Shown: one piece after another, positions 18,347 to 29,597 of the stretch | Numbering within the stretch: the first letter of the stretch is position 1 | Layout: each line of letters opens with the position of its first letter | Assembly: GCA_964345555.1 (NCBI GenBank) | Contig: CAYFRD010000001.1 | Location: forward strand, 9,672-73,671 | Length of the DNA: 64,000 nucleotides | From: an uncultured Peptoniphilus sp. | GTDB lineage: Bacteria; Bacillota; Clostridia; Tissierellales; Peptoniphilaceae | Reading direction: 5' to 3' | Made by a program: the position numbers and the translations under genes | The notes under the pieces: model-generated | What the model was told of the DNA's origin: nothing | Seen by the model: the letters and a program-made list of their open reading frames with translations, nothing else | Database searches by the model: none

Positions 18347-21163
18347 TCATAAAAGTATTTCTTTTAAAAATTTACCCGTATAGGATTTTTCCACCTTTGC
18401 AATGTCCTCGGGTCTGCCTGTGGCGACGATCTCTCCTCCACGGTCTCCTCCTTCGGGTCCTAAGTCAATTATATGATCTGCGACTTTTATCACGTCCAAG
18501 TTGTGTTCTATGACTACCACTGTATTGCCTCTGTCCACTAATTCCTCAAGCACAAGCAATAATTTTCTTATATCTTCTGTGTGAAGTCCCGTCGTCGGCT
18601 CGTCAAGGATGTACATGGTCTTCCCTGTAGGTCTTTTAGACAGCTCCGTGGCGAGTTTTATCCTCTGTGCCTCTCCTCCTGAAAGTTGTGTGGAGGGTTG
18701 CCCCAGTTTAATGTAAGAAAGTCCCACATCTTTTAGTGTTTGAAGTTTTCTAACAACTCTTTCATGATTCTCAAAGTACTCAAGTGCTTCGTCCACAGTC
18801 ATGTCCAAGACATCGGATATGTTTTTGTCCTTGTACTTTACGCTTAATGTTTCTCTGTTATATCTCTTTCCCTTGCAGACTTCGCAGGGTACATAGACAT
18901 CAGGCAAAAAATGCATTTCCACCTTAATTATTCCGTCGCCTTTGCAGGATTCGCATCTTCCTCCCTTGACATTAAATGAGAACCTGCCCTTTTTATATCC
19001 TCGCATCTTGGATTCATTGGTCATTGCAAATATATCCCTTATCATGTCGAATACCCCCGTGTAGGTTGCGGGATTCGATCTGGGTGTTCTGCCTATGGGC
19101 GATTGATCTATTTCCACTATTTTGTCTATGTGTTCCATGCCCAGTATTTTGTCATGCTTGCCCGGTTTAATTCTCGAACCGTTTATTTTTTGAGCAAGGG
19201 ATTTATAGAGTATTTCATTTATCAGAGATGATTTTCCTCCCCCGGACACTCCCGTCACTGCTACGAATTGTCCCAGGGGAATTTCCACATTCACATTCTT
19301 CAAATTGTTTTCCCTTGCTCCGACTATCTTTATGCTTTCTCCTGTATAAGGGCGTCTTTTGTCAGGAAGTTCTATCTGTTTCTTCTTTGAGAGATAGGCT
19401 CCTGTTATGGAGTCTTCACAGTTCATTATGTCCTGAACGGTTCCCTGTGCAACCACTTTTCCTCCTCCCGTGCCGGCAAGAGGTCCTATATCCACTATTT
19501 CATCTGCGGCAAGCATTGTTTCCTCGTCGTGTTCTACCACTATCAGAGTGTTCCCTATATTTGTCAAATCTCTCAAGGTCTTCAACAACATGGCATTGTC
19601 CCTTTGGTGTAGTCCTATGCTGGGCTCATCAAGTACATAAATCACTCCCACAAGTTGAGATCCAATCTGAGTCGCAAGCCTTATCCTTTGTGCTTCTCCT
19701 CCCGAAAGAGTACCGCTCATTCTCGAAAGGGACAAGTAATCCAGTCCGACGTTTTTTAAAAATTGCAACCTTGATTTTATTTCCTTTAAAATTTCTTCGG
19801 CAATTATTTTTTCTTTGTCCGTAAGTTTTAAACTGTCAAAAAATTCCAATTCCTTTACAACGGGTAGTTCCGTCAATTCAAATATATTCAGCCCTCCAAC
19901 TCTCACTGCGAGGGAAGACTCCTTGAGCCTCGCTCCGTGACACTTGGGGCAGGGTTCATTATTCATAAATTCTTCAATTTTTCCTACAATGTAGTCGGAG
20001 GTTGTCTCTAAATATCTTCTTTTTAAGTTATTTATTATACCTTCGAATTTTCCTTCATAGGTCTTTGTGCCTGTAAAATGCGAATCAAACACGAATTTTA
20101 TATCTCTTTCCGTTCCATAGAGAAGAGCTTTCATCAACTCTTGCGGTGCATTTTTTATAGGTTCATCTGGACTGAAACCGTAGGTCTTGGCAACTTGTTT
20201 TATCATTTCAAAATAATAAGTTCCCTGCGCTGTGGAATAGCATGCTACTGCTCCCTCATTTATGGACAAATCTTTGTTGGGAATTACCAAGTCGGGATCC
20301 ACTTCCTTGGAAAAACCCAGTCCGTTGCACTGATCACAGGCTCCTATGGGTGTGTTGAATGAAAAGGATCTAGGTGTGATTTCTTCCACTATTATTCCGC
20401 AGTCTGGGCACGCCAATTTAGAAGAGAAAGTTAGCATCTCCGAACCTATTACATCAACATTTACCATTCCGTCAGATTCGTTTAGAGCAAGTTCCAAAGA
20501 GTCGGCAAGTCTTGAGTCTATTCCTCCCTTCACAATAAGTCTGTCCACCACTATTGATATATCGTGGACCTTGTTCTTTTCCAGTTCTATATCTTCCTCT
20601 ATCATGCACATTTCTCCGTCCACCAATACTCTTATATACCCCTCTCGCTTTATCCTCTCGAGAGTTCTCTTGTGTTCGCCCTTTCTCCTTCTCACCACAG
20701 GAGCTAGGATCTGTATTCTGCTACCCTCCGGCAACTGCATAATATCATCAACCATCTGGTCAATGCTGTAGGAACTTATCTCCTTGCCGCAGGAGGGGCA
20801 GTAGGGGTGACCTACTCTTGCGTATAAAAGTCTGAAATAATCATAAATTTCTGTCACTGTTCCCACTGTGGAGCGAGGGTTTTTCGATGTGGTTTTTTGA
20901 TCTATGGAGATGGAGGGACTCATTCCGGAAATGTAGCTGACATCGGGCTTGTCCATCTGTCCTAAAAATTGTCTTGCATAGGAAGACAACGACTCCACAT
21001 ATCTTCTCTGGCCTTCAGCGTAAATCGTGTCGAAAGCAAGGGAAGACTTCCCTGAACCGGAAAGTCCCGTAAATACTATAAATTTATTTCTCGGCAAAGT
21101 TATGTCCACATTTTTTAAATTGTGGACTCTTGCTCCTTTAATAACTATTTTATCCTTTGACAA
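18347..21163 (-). CDS. uvrA: Excinuclease ABC subunit A
   Basis: 938 aa. [28 protein letters not shown], two ABC modules, zinc modules, and a UvrB-binding segment are all present. Confidence 0.97.
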   Translation of the reverse strand: MSKDKIVIKGARVHNLKNVDITLPRNKFIVFTGLSGSGKSSLAFDTIYAEGQRRYVESLSSYARQFLGQMDKPDVSYISGMSPSISIDQKTTSKNPRSTVGTVTEIYDYFRLLYARVGHPYCPSCGKEISSYSIDQMVDDIMQLPEGSRIQILAPVVRRRKGEHKRTLERIKREGYIRVLVDGEMCMIEEDIELEKNKVHDISIVVDRLIVKGGIDSRLADSLELALNESDGMVNVDVIGSEMLTFSSKLACPDCGIIVEEITPRSFSFNTPIGACDQCNGLGFSKEVDPDLVIPNKDLSINEGAVACYSTAQGTYYFEMIKQVAKTYGFSPDEPIKNAPQELMKALLYGTERDIKFVFDSHFTGTKTYEGKFEGIINNLKRRYLETTSDYIVGKIEEFMNNEPCPKCHGARLKESSLAVRVGGLNIFELTELPVVKELEFFDSLKLTDKEKIIAEEILKEIKSRLQFLKNVGLDYLSLSRMSGTLSGGEAQRIRLATQIGSQLVGVIYVLDEPSIGLHQRDNAMLLKTLRDLTNIGNTLIVVEHDEETMLAADEIVDIGPLAGTGGGKVVAQGTVQDIMNCEDSITGAYLSKKKQIELPDKRRPYTGESIKIVGARENNLKNVNVEIPLGQFVAVTGVSGGGKSSLINEILYKSLAQKINGSRIKPGKHDKILGMEHIDKIVEIDQSPIGRTPRSNPATYTGVFDMIRDIFAMTNESKMRGYKKGRFSFNVKGGRCESCKGDGIIKVEMHFLPDVYVPCEVCKGKRYNRETLSVKYKDKNISDVLDMTVDEALEYFENHERVVRKLQTLKDVGLSYIKLGQPSTQLSGGEAQRIKLATELSKRPTGKTMYILDEPTTGLHTEDIRKLLLVLEELVDRGNTVVVIEHNLDVIKVADHIIDLGPEGGDRGGEIVATGRPEDIAKVEKSYTGKFLKEILL

Positions 21164-21171
21164 ATAATCAC

Positions 21172-23154
21172 CTAATTATCTTTCATCTCATATATTTTAT
21201 TTCTAAGTTCTTTTATTTTATCTCTTATTTCCGCCGCTCTTTCGAAGTCAAGAGATTCGGCTGATTTGTACATTTCCGCTTTAAGGGAATCAATCATGGC
21301 TTCTATTTCTCTGTCGGTGAATTTTTCCACTACATCACAGGCTGTGCTTTCTTCTGCGGCAATAGTCGCTTCAATTACTTCGCGCACGCCCTTTTCAATG
21401 GATTTTGGCATTATTCCGTGCTCGATATTGTAAGCATCCTGAATTTTTCTACGTCTGTCGGTTTCATCAATGGTTACTTTCATAGAACCGGTAACTATGT
21501 CGGCATACATTATTACCTTGCCGGCTACATTTCTTGCGGCACGACCTGCAGTCTGTATCAAGGAGGTTTCTGAACGCAAAAATCCCTCCTTATCTGCATC
21601 TAAGATTATCACTCTGCTTACTTCGGGCAGGTCCAATCCCTCACGCAAGAGGTTTATGCCCACAAGCACGTCGTATTTTCCCAGTCGCAAATCTCTTATT
21701 ATCTCCATTCTCTCAATGGTTTCAACATCTGAATGCATATAGGTGACCTTTAGACCTATGCCCTCAAAGTACTTGGTTAAATCTTCAGCCATTTTCTTAG
21801 TCAAAGTCGTGATCAGAACTCTTTCGCCCCTTACAGTGACTTCTTGAATTTCATTTAACATGTCATCGATTTGATTCTTGGTGGGTCTTACTTCTATTAT
21901 CGGATCCAAAAGTCCCGTGGGTCTTATGACTTGTTCAACCCTTTTTTGTTCGTGTTCTCTTTCATAGGGTCCCGGTGTTGCCGACACATAGATGCACTGA
22001 TTCATCATACCTTCAAATTCGTCGAATTGAAGCGGTCTGTTGTCCAATGCGGAAGGAAGTCTGAATCCGTAGTCCACTAGGGTTTGCTTTCTCGATCTGT
22101 CACCGTTGTACATACCTCTTATCTGAGGAATTGTGGCATGGGATTCATCTATTATTGTCAAGAAATCCTTGGGAAAGTAGTCTATAAGAGTATAGGGTCT
22201 TGAGCCCGGTGCTCTTTGAGATAAATGTCTTGAATAATTTTCTATTCCCGAGCAAAATCCCATTTCCCTGAGCATTTCCAAATCATAATTGGTTCTTTGT
22301 TCCAATCTTTGTGCTTCAAGCAGCTTATCCTGATCTCTCAGTTCAAAAAGCCTTTCTTCCAGTTCTTCAGATATGGTTTCAAGAGCTCTGTCAACTTTGT
22401 CCTGAGTGGTGGCGAAATGGGATGCCGGATATATGGCAACATGTCTTCTATAACCTTTGACCTCTCCTGTCAATGCATTTATCTCGGCAATTCTGTCGAT
22501 CTCATCACCGAAAAACTCCACTCTTATGGAATTCTCCGAAGACCATGCCGGAAATATTTCCAAAGTGTCGCCTCTTACTCTGAAAGTTCCTCTTATAAAA
22601 TTTATATCATTTCTCACATATTGAATATCTATAAGACGTTTCATTATTTCATTTCTGTCCTTCAACATGCCGGGCCTTAAAGAAACCACGAGATTTTCAT
22701 AGTCGATGGGATCGCCCAAGCCGTAGATGCAAGACACCGATGCCACTATTATCACATCTCTTCTCTCAAAGAGCGACATGGTGGCGGAGTGGCGCAGCTT
22801 ATCTATTTCGTCATTGATGGAAGAATCCTTTTCAATGAATGTATCAGTCTGAGGTACATATGCCTCGGGTTGGTAGTAGTCGTAGTAGGACACGAAGTAC
22901 TCCACTGCGTTCTCAGGGAAAAATTCCCTGAACTCGCCGGCAAGCTGGTACGCCAAAGTCTTATTGTGAGCGATGACAAGGGTGGGCTTTTGAACCCTTT
23001 CAATTATATTCGCCATGGTGAAAGTCTTACCCGAGCCGGTAACTCCCAACAAAGTTTGATGTTTTAAATTTTTATTTAATCCCTCGACAAGTTTATCAAT
23101 CGCCTGTGGCTGATCACCTGTAGGGGCAAAATTTGAATGTATTTTAAAATCCAT
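21172..23154 (-). CDS. uvrB: Excinuclease ABC subunit B
   Basis: [16 protein letters not shown], helicase motifs, and a C-terminal UVR domain. The start is moved to ATG 23154 (MDFKIHSNF) behind AAAGGTGA. Confidence 0.96.
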   Translation of the reverse strand: MDFKIHSNFAPTGDQPQAIDKLVEGLNKNLKHQTLLGVTGSGKTFTMANIIERVQKPTLVIAHNKTLAYQLAGEFREFFPENAVEYFVSYYDYYQPEAYVPQTDTFIEKDSSINDEIDKLRHSATMSLFERRDVIIVASVSCIYGLGDPIDYENLVVSLRPGMLKDRNEIMKRLIDIQYVRNDINFIRGTFRVRGDTLEIFPAWSSENSIRVEFFGDEIDRIAEINALTGEVKGYRRHVAIYPASHFATTQDKVDRALETISEELEERLFELRDQDKLLEAQRLEQRTNYDLEMLREMGFCSGIENYSRHLSQRAPGSRPYTLIDYFPKDFLTIIDESHATIPQIRGMYNGDRSRKQTLVDYGFRLPSALDNRPLQFDEFEGMMNQCIYVSATPGPYEREHEQKRVEQVIRPTGLLDPIIEVRPTKNQIDDMLNEIQEVTVRGERVLITTLTKKMAEDLTKYFEGIGLKVTYMHSDVETIERMEIIRDLRLGKYDVLVGINLLREGLDLPEVSRVIILDADKEGFLRSETSLIQTAGRAARNVAGKVIMYADIVTGSMKVTIDETDRRRKIQDAYNIEHGIMPKSIEKGVREVIEATIAAEESTACDVVEKFTDREIEAMIDSLKAEMYKSAESLDFERAAEIRDKIKELRNKIYEMKDN

Positions 23155-23278
23155 TAAATCACCTTTCGTTTTTACGAACATAAGTTTATTATACCACAAT
23201 GGTGGACATAAATATCCGAGCTTGTTTTATTATTCGCTAAAATTTAATGTATAATATATTTAAGGGGGAAGATAAATT

Positions 23279-24001
23279 ATGCGTTCAAAACTTTTAGAAA
23301 ATAAGGGATTGTTAAACCTCATAGGTGGCAGCGAATACGATATTTCCTTTGAGAGAAAGGGTGCAGAAGTCCTCATCTATGTAGAGGAAATCCTTAAAAA
23401 TATGAAAGCAAGTCCCGAGCATATCTACTATGGGAAACAAACTCACGGAGATAATATAGAATACTGCGACGGTATAAGGGGTTCGGACTATCCCTTGGGT
23501 AAAATCTTCAACGATACCGACGGACTTATTACCGACATGCCGAACATAGCTCTAGTCATTAAATTCGCCGACTGCACTCCCATACTTCTCTTTGACCCTG
23601 TAAATAAAGTACAGTGCTGTGTCCATTCCGGTTGGAGAGGAACAGTTAAGCGAATTTCTCAAAAGGCTGTTGAAAAAATGTGTGTCGAATTTCACTGCAA
23701 AAAAGAAAATATACATACTTTTTTAGGTCCGGATATAGACGTTTCAAACTATGAAGTGGGCGTGGAAGTGTATGATGCCTTTTGTGAATTCAAAAACCGT
23801 GACGAATTTTTTATACCCTATGGCAAAAAATATAAACTGGACATGACTTTGGCAAACTTGGACATATTGTTAGAATCGGGCATTAATAAAGAAAATATCG
23901 AAATATCTCAATTATCCACCTTCAACGACCTAAGGTTAAACTCTGCAAGAAGACAGAGGGAAAATTACAGATTAAATTGCATTATAAGCATGATTGTATG
24001 A
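23279..24001 (+). CDS. pgeF: Peptidoglycan editing factor PgeF (YfiH/DUF152, laccase-domain protein)
   Basis: Motifs QTHGDNI, ADCTPILLFD and HSGWRGT. A TGTATAAT extended -10 lies upstream. Confidence 0.85.
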   Translation: MRSKLLENKGLLNLIGGSEYDISFERKGAEVLIYVEEILKNMKASPEHIYYGKQTHGDNIEYCDGIRGSDYPLGKIFNDTDGLITDMPNIALVIKFADCTPILLFDPVNKVQCCVHSGWRGTVKRISQKAVEKMCVEFHCKKENIHTFLGPDIDVSNYEVGVEVYDAFCEFKNRDEFFIPYGKKYKLDMTLANLDILLESGINKENIEISQLSTFNDLRLNSARRQRENYRLNCIISMIV

Positions 24002-24160
24002 AATATGCCTGCTATCCTTTGAAATTAATTCAATATATAGGGCGGGCGTAAACGCCCACCCCTATAGCAATGTTTGATTTAATATTATATTAATATTTCA
24101 TAGATATTTTCCAGTTAGCGAACACTTATTATGTAAATCTAAGTGTTTTTTAATTTATAC

Positions 24161-24190
24161 ATAAAAAAGGAACCGACCTTTGCCGATTCC
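24161..24190 (-). terminator. Intrinsic terminator after folT
   Basis: Minus strand: GGAAUCGGC-AAAG-GUCGGUUCC (9 bp including G-U pairs) followed by UUUUUUAU. It lies 17 nt after the stop. Confidence 0.7.
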
Positions 24191-24206
24191 CTTTCATAAA
24201 TTTCAA

Positions 24207-24731
24207 TTAAATTCTTTCTATAGCCTTGTATAATACCTTTATCACTATTATTGAAATAACAGTTTGTATTGCAGCCTTTACCAATCTCATAGGCAGCATA
24301 GCCATAGCTCCTGTACTGTAAAGTTGAGTAAGCCAGTAAGTGTCCAGTATTACATGGACAAATATGGAAACTGCAACGCAAGCAACTATTATCGCAGCAG
24401 TTACATTTTTTTTGTTGTATTTCAACATTATCATGTAAACTATACCCGGAATTACTCCCGTCAAGATGGAACTCAAGGTGAATCCCAAGTGAAATGCTCC
24501 ATGGGAAACTATCATAACTCCAGCCATGTCTGCGACAAATCCGACTATTCCTCCTACTAATGGTCCATATAGAAGACCCGACAGTATTATTGGGACAAAG
24601 CCTATTCCCACTCTCAAATTCTCCGTTACCATCACCGATAAAAATCTGGTGAGAATTACCGACAGTGCCGCCAGGAAGGCCGCCTTTACGATTACGCTTG
24701 TTGTCATCGTTCTAGTGTTGTTTTTTTGCAT
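24207..24731 (-). CDS. folT: Folate-family ECF transporter S component
   Basis: 174 aa with 5-6 TM segments. The pattern AAFLAALSVILTRFLS...GFVPIILSGLLYGPLVGGIVGFVADMAG is typical of FolT. It is preceded by a THF riboswitch. Confidence 0.85.
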   Translation of the reverse strand: MQKNNTRTMTTSVIVKAAFLAALSVILTRFLSVMVTENLRVGIGFVPIILSGLLYGPLVGGIVGFVADMAGVMIVSHGAFHLGFTLSSILTGVIPGIVYMIMLKYNKKNVTAAIIVACVAVSIFVHVILDTYWLTQLYSTGAMAMLPMRLVKAAIQTVISIIVIKVLYKAIERI

Positions 24732-24770
24732 TAAAAAAAGCCTCTCTTTTTATAAATTACAAAGTAAGGC
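24732..24770 (-). terminator. Expression platform of the THF riboswitch: a terminator hairpin whose 3' arm contains the folT SD
   Basis: Minus strand: GCCUUACUUU...AAAGAGAGGC (one A-A mismatch) followed by U7 and then AAUG. AGAGAGG is the only SD for the ATG at 24731. Confidence 0.6.
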
Positions 24771-24777
24771 GCTAAAA

Positions 24778-24860
24778 TAATCAGCGGATGCGATAAAGAA
24801 TCTTCGTTTAAGAACTACACCCCATTTCTTAACACTTGACGCTCTTTACCTACTCTGTTA
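24778..24860 (-). promoter_or_regulatory. THF-I (tetrahydrofolate, folT-motif) riboswitch aptamer
   Basis: The minus-strand RNA is UAACAGAGUAGGUAAAGAGCGUCAAGUGUUAAGAAAUGGGGUGUAGUUCUUAAACGAAGAUUCUUUAUCGCAUCCGCUGA. It matches the conserved blocks of the crystallised E. siraeum THF riboswitch as I recall it (GAGUAG, GCGU-AAGUGU, AAUGGG-UGU, ACGAAG, GCAUCCGCU). Its position directly upstream of folT is canonical. Confidence 0.8.
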
Positions 24861-24864
24861 TATT
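24836..24864 (+). promoter_or_regulatory. Candidate folC promoter TTGACG-N17-TATATT, lying antisense within the riboswitch DNA
   Basis: -35 at 24836..24841, -10 at 24859..24864, about 70 nt upstream of the folC ATG. Confidence 0.4.
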
Positions 24865-24935
24865 TTACTATATATTATATACCGTGACTTTGCAACAGAT
24901 TTTGTAAAGTCACGATTAATTTTTTGGGGTGAAAA

Positions 24936-26225
24936 ATGAATTATATAAATTGGATGCTGGATAGAGGCGATCCTCAAGGCGGATACACTCTTGAAAATGT
25001 CAAGGCTCTCTTAAACCTCTTGGATAATCCACAGGACAAAATAAAGATCATACACGTGGCAGGCACAAACGGTAAAGGCTCGCTGCTTAACTATCTTTCA
25101 ACTGCACTTACAAACTCAGGTGTGAAATGTGGAGAGTTCACATCTCCCTACATAGACAGCATCTACGAAGCTGTGAAGATAAACAACCGATATATCTCCC
25201 CGGAGGACTTCACAGCATACCTTGAGAGAATCTACAAACTTGTCGAGAATTTAGACGCCAAGGGCATGTATGTCACCACCTTCGAAATATTCAGCTCTCT
25301 GTCTTATCTCTACTTCTATGAACAAGGGGTTGATATCGCACTTATTGAAGTGGGCATGGGCGGTAGAAACGACGGTACCAACACCATGAAAAATCCCTTT
25401 GCGACGGTGATCACATCCATATCCTTCGACCATGTGGCGATCCTCGGAAGCACTTTGAAAGAAATAGCTTACCAAAAAGGCGGAATAATAAAGGAAAACT
25501 GTGATTTATTTCTCTATCCGCAAAAGGCAGAAGCACTTGAAGTAATAAAAGAGATCGCAGAAGATAAAAATGCACCCGTACATTCCTTTGAACTTGATGA
25601 AGTGGAAATACTCCGCTCCGATGAGAATGGTAATGTATTTAATTTCAGAAATCACAAAAATGTTCACACATCTCTAATCGGAGAACATCAAGCCTATAAT
25701 GCCGCTCTTGCAATAACGGTCTTAGATAAGTTAAAGTCGACATTTGAGCTTTCGGAAGATGTGGTTTTAAAATCAATATCTGAAACGAAAAACATTGCAA
25801 GACTTGAAGTCCTTTCACAAAATCCCACGCTTATAATAGACGGCTCGCACAATTTGGAAGGCATGGAAGCTCTGCTTAAAGCTCTCAAGTTATTTAAATA
25901 CGACAGACTAATAGTGGGTTTCAGCATGCTAAGGGACAAGGACATCACGCACATAAGCGAAAAACTCCTGCCTCTTGCCGACGAAATAGTGATAACTGAG
26001 ATAAACAGCCCCAGAAAATCCACTGCACAGGATCTATATGACAAAGTTAAACACATAAGCAACAATGTATATAAAATCCCCGACAGACAAGAAGCCTTTG
26101 AAAAAACTCTCGCACTGGCACAACACTCAGATCTAATCCTGTGGTGCGGTTCACTTTACCTAATGGCGGACATAAGAAAATACGCAGTGGAATATACAAA
26201 CAAAAAAAATAAGCATACCTCCTAG
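24936..26225 (+). CDS. folC: Folylpolyglutamate synthase / dihydrofolate synthase
   Basis: P-loop HVAGTNGKGS; Mur-ligase-type layout; 429 aa. Confidence 0.9.
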   Translation: MNYINWMLDRGDPQGGYTLENVKALLNLLDNPQDKIKIIHVAGTNGKGSLLNYLSTALTNSGVKCGEFTSPYIDSIYEAVKINNRYISPEDFTAYLERIYKLVENLDAKGMYVTTFEIFSSLSYLYFYEQGVDIALIEVGMGGRNDGTNTMKNPFATVITSISFDHVAILGSTLKEIAYQKGGIIKENCDLFLYPQKAEALEVIKEIAEDKNAPVHSFELDEVEILRSDENGNVFNFRNHKNVHTSLIGEHQAYNAALAITVLDKLKSTFELSEDVVLKSISETKNIARLEVLSQNPTLIIDGSHNLEGMEALLKALKLFKYDRLIVGFSMLRDKDITHISEKLLPLADEIVITEINSPRKSTAQDLYDKVKHISNNVYKIPDRQEAFEKTLALAQHSDLILWCGSLYLMADIRKYAVEYTNKKNKHTS

Positions 26226-26254
26226 AAAAATTAGGAGGTATTTTTGTACCTTTA

Positions 26255-26920
26255 TCAATATTCCAAGTCCTTCAATGTGAAGGTATTCTTCTTATAGGTC
26301 AGTAGTCCGTCTTTCTGCATTTTTGAGAGCTCGTTGGACAGGGCACTGCGGTCCACTCCCAGATATTCCGAAAGCTGTTGTCGATTAAAAGCTATGGTAA
26401 ATTGAGGACTGCCGTAATTAAGAGATTGCTCCGAAAGGTAGGATATCAATTTATCCCGTATGCTTTTGGCGGAGATGTGCTTCATTCTCTGATGTATGAT
26501 CAGGTTTTTCTTTGCAGATACTTTGAAAAGATTATGAATAAATGCCGTATGATGTGGACATGACTGCGGACAGATGGTTAAAATTCTCTCAATATTTAAA
26601 AATAAAATCCTGCAGTCTTCATTGGCAACAACGTCGCTTTGCAGCTGTTTTCCCGGTACTGCCGCATAGGACAATCCGAAGATATCACCTGTTTTTATAT
26701 TGCCGAGAATGGATTTGTTGCCCCAGTAATCATATTCCACTATATTGACACTTCCCTGTTCCACAAGACCTATTTCCTTTATATTCACACCAGTTCTATA
26801 TATTATTTCCTTGTTCTTATAATCTTTTTCATGGGCTTGCAGGCAATTGAGCATGCTCTTGATTTCCTCTTCCGATATTCCGTTAAAAATTTCCGTTCTT
26901 GATAAAAAGAAATAATTCAT
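26255..26920 (-). CDS. Crp/Fnr-family transcriptional regulator (HcpR-like by context)
   Basis: N-terminal cNMP-binding-type domain and a C-terminal HTH (QQLSEYLGVDRSALSNELSKMQKDGLL). It is divergent from the ferredoxin-hcp operon. Confidence 0.85.
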   Translation of the reverse strand: MNYFFLSRTEIFNGISEEEIKSMLNCLQAHEKDYKNKEIIYRTGVNIKEIGLVEQGSVNIVEYDYWGNKSILGNIKTGDIFGLSYAAVPGKQLQSDVVANEDCRILFLNIERILTICPQSCPHHTAFIHNLFKVSAKKNLIIHQRMKHISAKSIRDKLISYLSEQSLNYGSPQFTIAFNRQQLSEYLGVDRSALSNELSKMQKDGLLTYKKNTFTLKDLEY

Positions 26921-26935
26921 AAAATTCTCCTTACT

Positions 26936-26949
26936 GTTGTAAAAACAAC
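26936..26949. promoter_or_regulatory. Palindrome GTTGT-AAAA-ACAAC; candidate Crp/Fnr (HcpR-like) operator
   Basis: A 5-4-5 inverted repeat in the divergent intergenic region. It is centred about 72 nt upstream of the predicted hcp-operon transcription start and lies immediately upstream of the regulator's own SD. Confidence 0.3.
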
Positions 26950-27000
26950 TAATATATTTTTTATTCTATATTATAATTTATTTCTGTCAATATTTAATTT

Positions 27001-27008
27001 TGTATAAT
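27001..27008 (+). promoter_or_regulatory. Extended -10 (TGTATAAT) for the ferredoxin-hcp operon
   Basis: TGnTATAAT lies 35 nt upstream of ATG 27043. There is no clear -35, consistent with activator dependence. Confidence 0.35.
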
Positions 27009-27042
27009 ATTTTGCATATTTAAAACTTTGCGAGGAGAAAAT

Positions 27043-27741
27043 ATGAAGAGAAAAATTATAAAAATCTACGAAGATAAATGTATCGGTTGCGGTCTGTGTG
27101 CTAGAGCTTGCAACGAAGGTGCCATTGCTGTAATAGACGGAAAAGCAAAACTGTTGAGAGATGATTACTGCGACGGCCTTGGCAACTGCCTGCCCGCCTG
27201 TCCCGTGAATGCCATTGAACTTGAAGAACGTGAAGCTGTAGCATACGATGAGGAAGCTGTCAAAGAAAAACAAATAAGAGAACAGAAAGATGTTTTGGCT
27301 TGCGGCTGTTCCGGCTCTCATGTAAAGGCGATTCAAAGAAAAATTGAAAGAGAATCTTCTGTAAAAATCTCGCCTCATAGTCGTTTAAGACAATGGCCGG
27401 TACAGATAAAACTTGCCCCTGTGAATGCTCCCTATTTCGACAATGCAAGACTGCTCATAGCTGCGGACTGTACCGCCTATGCCTACGGTGCTTTCCATGA
27501 GAAATTCATGAAAAATCACATCACCTTGATCGGCTGTCCCAAACTGGACGATATCGACTACAGTGAAAAACTCACTTCAATCATCAAAAACAACTCTATA
27601 AAAAGTGTAAGAGTTGTTCGCATGGAAGTTCCTTGTTGCGGCGGTATGGAAAGAGCTGTGGTAACCGCACTTAGAAATTCAGGTAAAATGATTCCGTGGC
27701 AAGTTGTCACCATTTCCACAGATGGTAAAATTCTCGATTAA
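27043..27741 (+). CDS. 4Fe-4S dicluster ferredoxin-domain protein (FrdX-like hcp partner)
   Basis: CIGCGLCARAC and CDGLGNCLPACP cluster motifs plus a Cys-rich C-terminal domain (VPCCGG). The start is at ATG 27043 behind GAGGAG. Confidence 0.8.
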   Translation: MKRKIIKIYEDKCIGCGLCARACNEGAIAVIDGKAKLLRDDYCDGLGNCLPACPVNAIELEEREAVAYDEEAVKEKQIREQKDVLACGCSGSHVKAIQRKIERESSVKISPHSRLRQWPVQIKLAPVNAPYFDNARLLIAADCTAYAYGAFHEKFMKNHITLIGCPKLDDIDYSEKLTSIIKNNSIKSVRVVRMEVPCCGGMERAVVTALRNSGKMIPWQVVTISTDGKILD

Positions 27742-27789
27742 TCTTTGTGAATACGCGCAATCAATATTTTAAAATAGGAGGAAATTTAA

Positions 27790-29421
27790 ATGAGTATGTT
27801 TTGTTATCAATGTCAAGAAACCGCCAAGGGAACCGGTTGTACCCTAAGAGGAGTCTGTGGCAAAAGCGAAGAAGTCGCCAATCTTCAAGATCTGTTGATA
27901 TATGCACTGAAAGGAATTGCGCACATAGTGATCAAGAACAAAATCGACACTACAGCCTTGGACGAACTGAATTATCAAGTGCTCAACAGCCTTTTCATGA
28001 CCATTACAAATGCCAACTTCTACAACAAATCCATTGAAAATCAAATTGTAAAGATGATCGCACTTCGTGATGAATTAAAAAAAGATACAACGAAAAAAAA
28101 TCTGCATGATGCAGCGACCTTCACAGTAAATTCCGCTGAAGATATGTTGGAAAAAGCAGTCTCTGTAGGTGTGCTCTCCACAGAAAACGAAGATGTAAGA
28201 TCCCTTAGAGAAATGATACTTTACGGGTTGAAGGGGATGGCTGCCTACGGAAAACACGCTTGGAATCTAGGCAAAAAAGATGCGGGAATAATTGCATTTA
28301 TATACGAAGCTTTGGCTGCAACATTGGAAGATTCTATTTCAGCAGATGAATTGGTGGCATTGACGCTCAAGACAGGCGAATTCGGCGTAAAAGTCATGGC
28401 ACTTCTTGACGAAGCGAATACAAACAAGTACGGACACCCCGAAATCACCGAAGTAAATATAGGTGTCGACAAAAATCCCGCAATCCTGATATCCGGACAC
28501 GATTTGAGAGATTTGGAACAATTGTTGGAGCAAACACAAGGCACAGGAGTAGACGTATACACTCACAGCGAAATGCTGCCTGCACACTACTATCCCAAGT
28601 TTAAAAAATACGATAACTTCATCGGTAATTATGGAAACGCATGGTGGAAACAGTTGGAAGAATTCAAATCCTTCAGAGGACCGATTTTATTTACTACCAA
28701 TTGCATAGTTCCTCCCAAGAGCGAAGAAGTACGCAACAGAATATTTACCACAGGATCTACGGGATACCCAGGTTGCAAACACATAGATGCTGATACAAAG
28801 GGCAATAAGGACTTTTCTGAAATCATAGCTATGGCAAAGACTCTCCCCGCGCCGCAAGAAATAGAAACCGGCAGCATCGTTGGAGGATTCGCTCACAATC
28901 AAGTAATCGCCTTGGCGGATAAAATCGTAGATGCGGTTAAGACAGGCGCCATAAAGAAATTCTTCGTAATGGCAGGCTGTGACGGTAGAATGAAATCAAG
29001 AAATTACTACAGCGAATTTGCCGAAAAACTACCTGCAGATACGGTGATTTTAACTGCAGGCTGTGCAAAATACCGCTACAATAAATTGAATCTCGGCGAT
29101 ATCGGAGGAATTCCCAGAGTTTTAGATGCAGGACAATGCAACGACTCCTACTCCCTGGCAGTGATCGCACTGAAACTTAAAGAGGTATTTGAACTGGAAG
29201 ACATCAATGAACTGCCCATAGCCTTCAACATAGCATGGTATGAGCAAAAAGCTGTCATAGTTCTGTTGGCACTGCTGTACTTAGGTGTCAAAAACATTCA
29301 CTTGGGTCCCACACTTCCCGGATTCCTCTCTCCAAATGTGGCAAATGTCCTCGTGGAAAAATTCGGAATAGCAGGTATAGGCGAAGTGGACGAAGACATA
29401 GAACTTTTCATGAGCATGTAA
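27790..29421 (+). CDS. hcp: Hybrid cluster protein / hydroxylamine reductase
   Basis: N-terminus [23 protein letters not shown]; 543 aa; typical Hcp. Confidence 0.95.
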   Translation: MSMFCYQCQETAKGTGCTLRGVCGKSEEVANLQDLLIYALKGIAHIVIKNKIDTTALDELNYQVLNSLFMTITNANFYNKSIENQIVKMIALRDELKKDTTKKNLHDAATFTVNSAEDMLEKAVSVGVLSTENEDVRSLREMILYGLKGMAAYGKHAWNLGKKDAGIIAFIYEALAATLEDSISADELVALTLKTGEFGVKVMALLDEANTNKYGHPEITEVNIGVDKNPAILISGHDLRDLEQLLEQTQGTGVDVYTHSEMLPAHYYPKFKKYDNFIGNYGNAWWKQLEEFKSFRGPILFTTNCIVPPKSEEVRNRIFTTGSTGYPGCKHIDADTKGNKDFSEIIAMAKTLPAPQEIETGSIVGGFAHNQVIALADKIVDAVKTGAIKKFFVMAGCDGRMKSRNYYSEFAEKLPADTVILTAGCAKYRYNKLNLGDIGGIPRVLDAGQCNDSYSLAVIALKLKEVFELEDINELPIAFNIAWYEQKAVIVLLALLYLGVKNIHLGPTLPGFLSPNVANVLVEKFGIAGIGEVDEDIELFMSM

Positions 29422-29597
29422 AATTCAATCTGTATTTAATATTTCGCAATCATAGCTATGCGAGTTCAACTTACTAAAATCATAAATATAATCCCGAGTT
29501 AATAACATCCGGCTTACACCCATACAAAAAATGAATGTCATCATGAAAATGTGTGAGACTATGACCTCATCGTCCTTATGATGAATATAAACTAAAG

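Noticed and set aside
24036-24066. GC-rich hairpin TATAGGGCGGGCG-TAAA-CGCCCACCCCTATA downstream of pgeF, considered as a terminator or REP-like element
   Set aside because: It has no U-tract on either strand and occurs only once in the window, so neither a terminator nor a repeat family can be supported. It may still be a stabilising 3' hairpin.
27747-28037. 96-aa ORF overlapping the hcp 5' end in another frame, and 26971..27378(-) antisense to the ferredoxin gene
   Set aside because: Both are alternate or antisense frames of well-supported genes, with basic low-complexity products and no SD.
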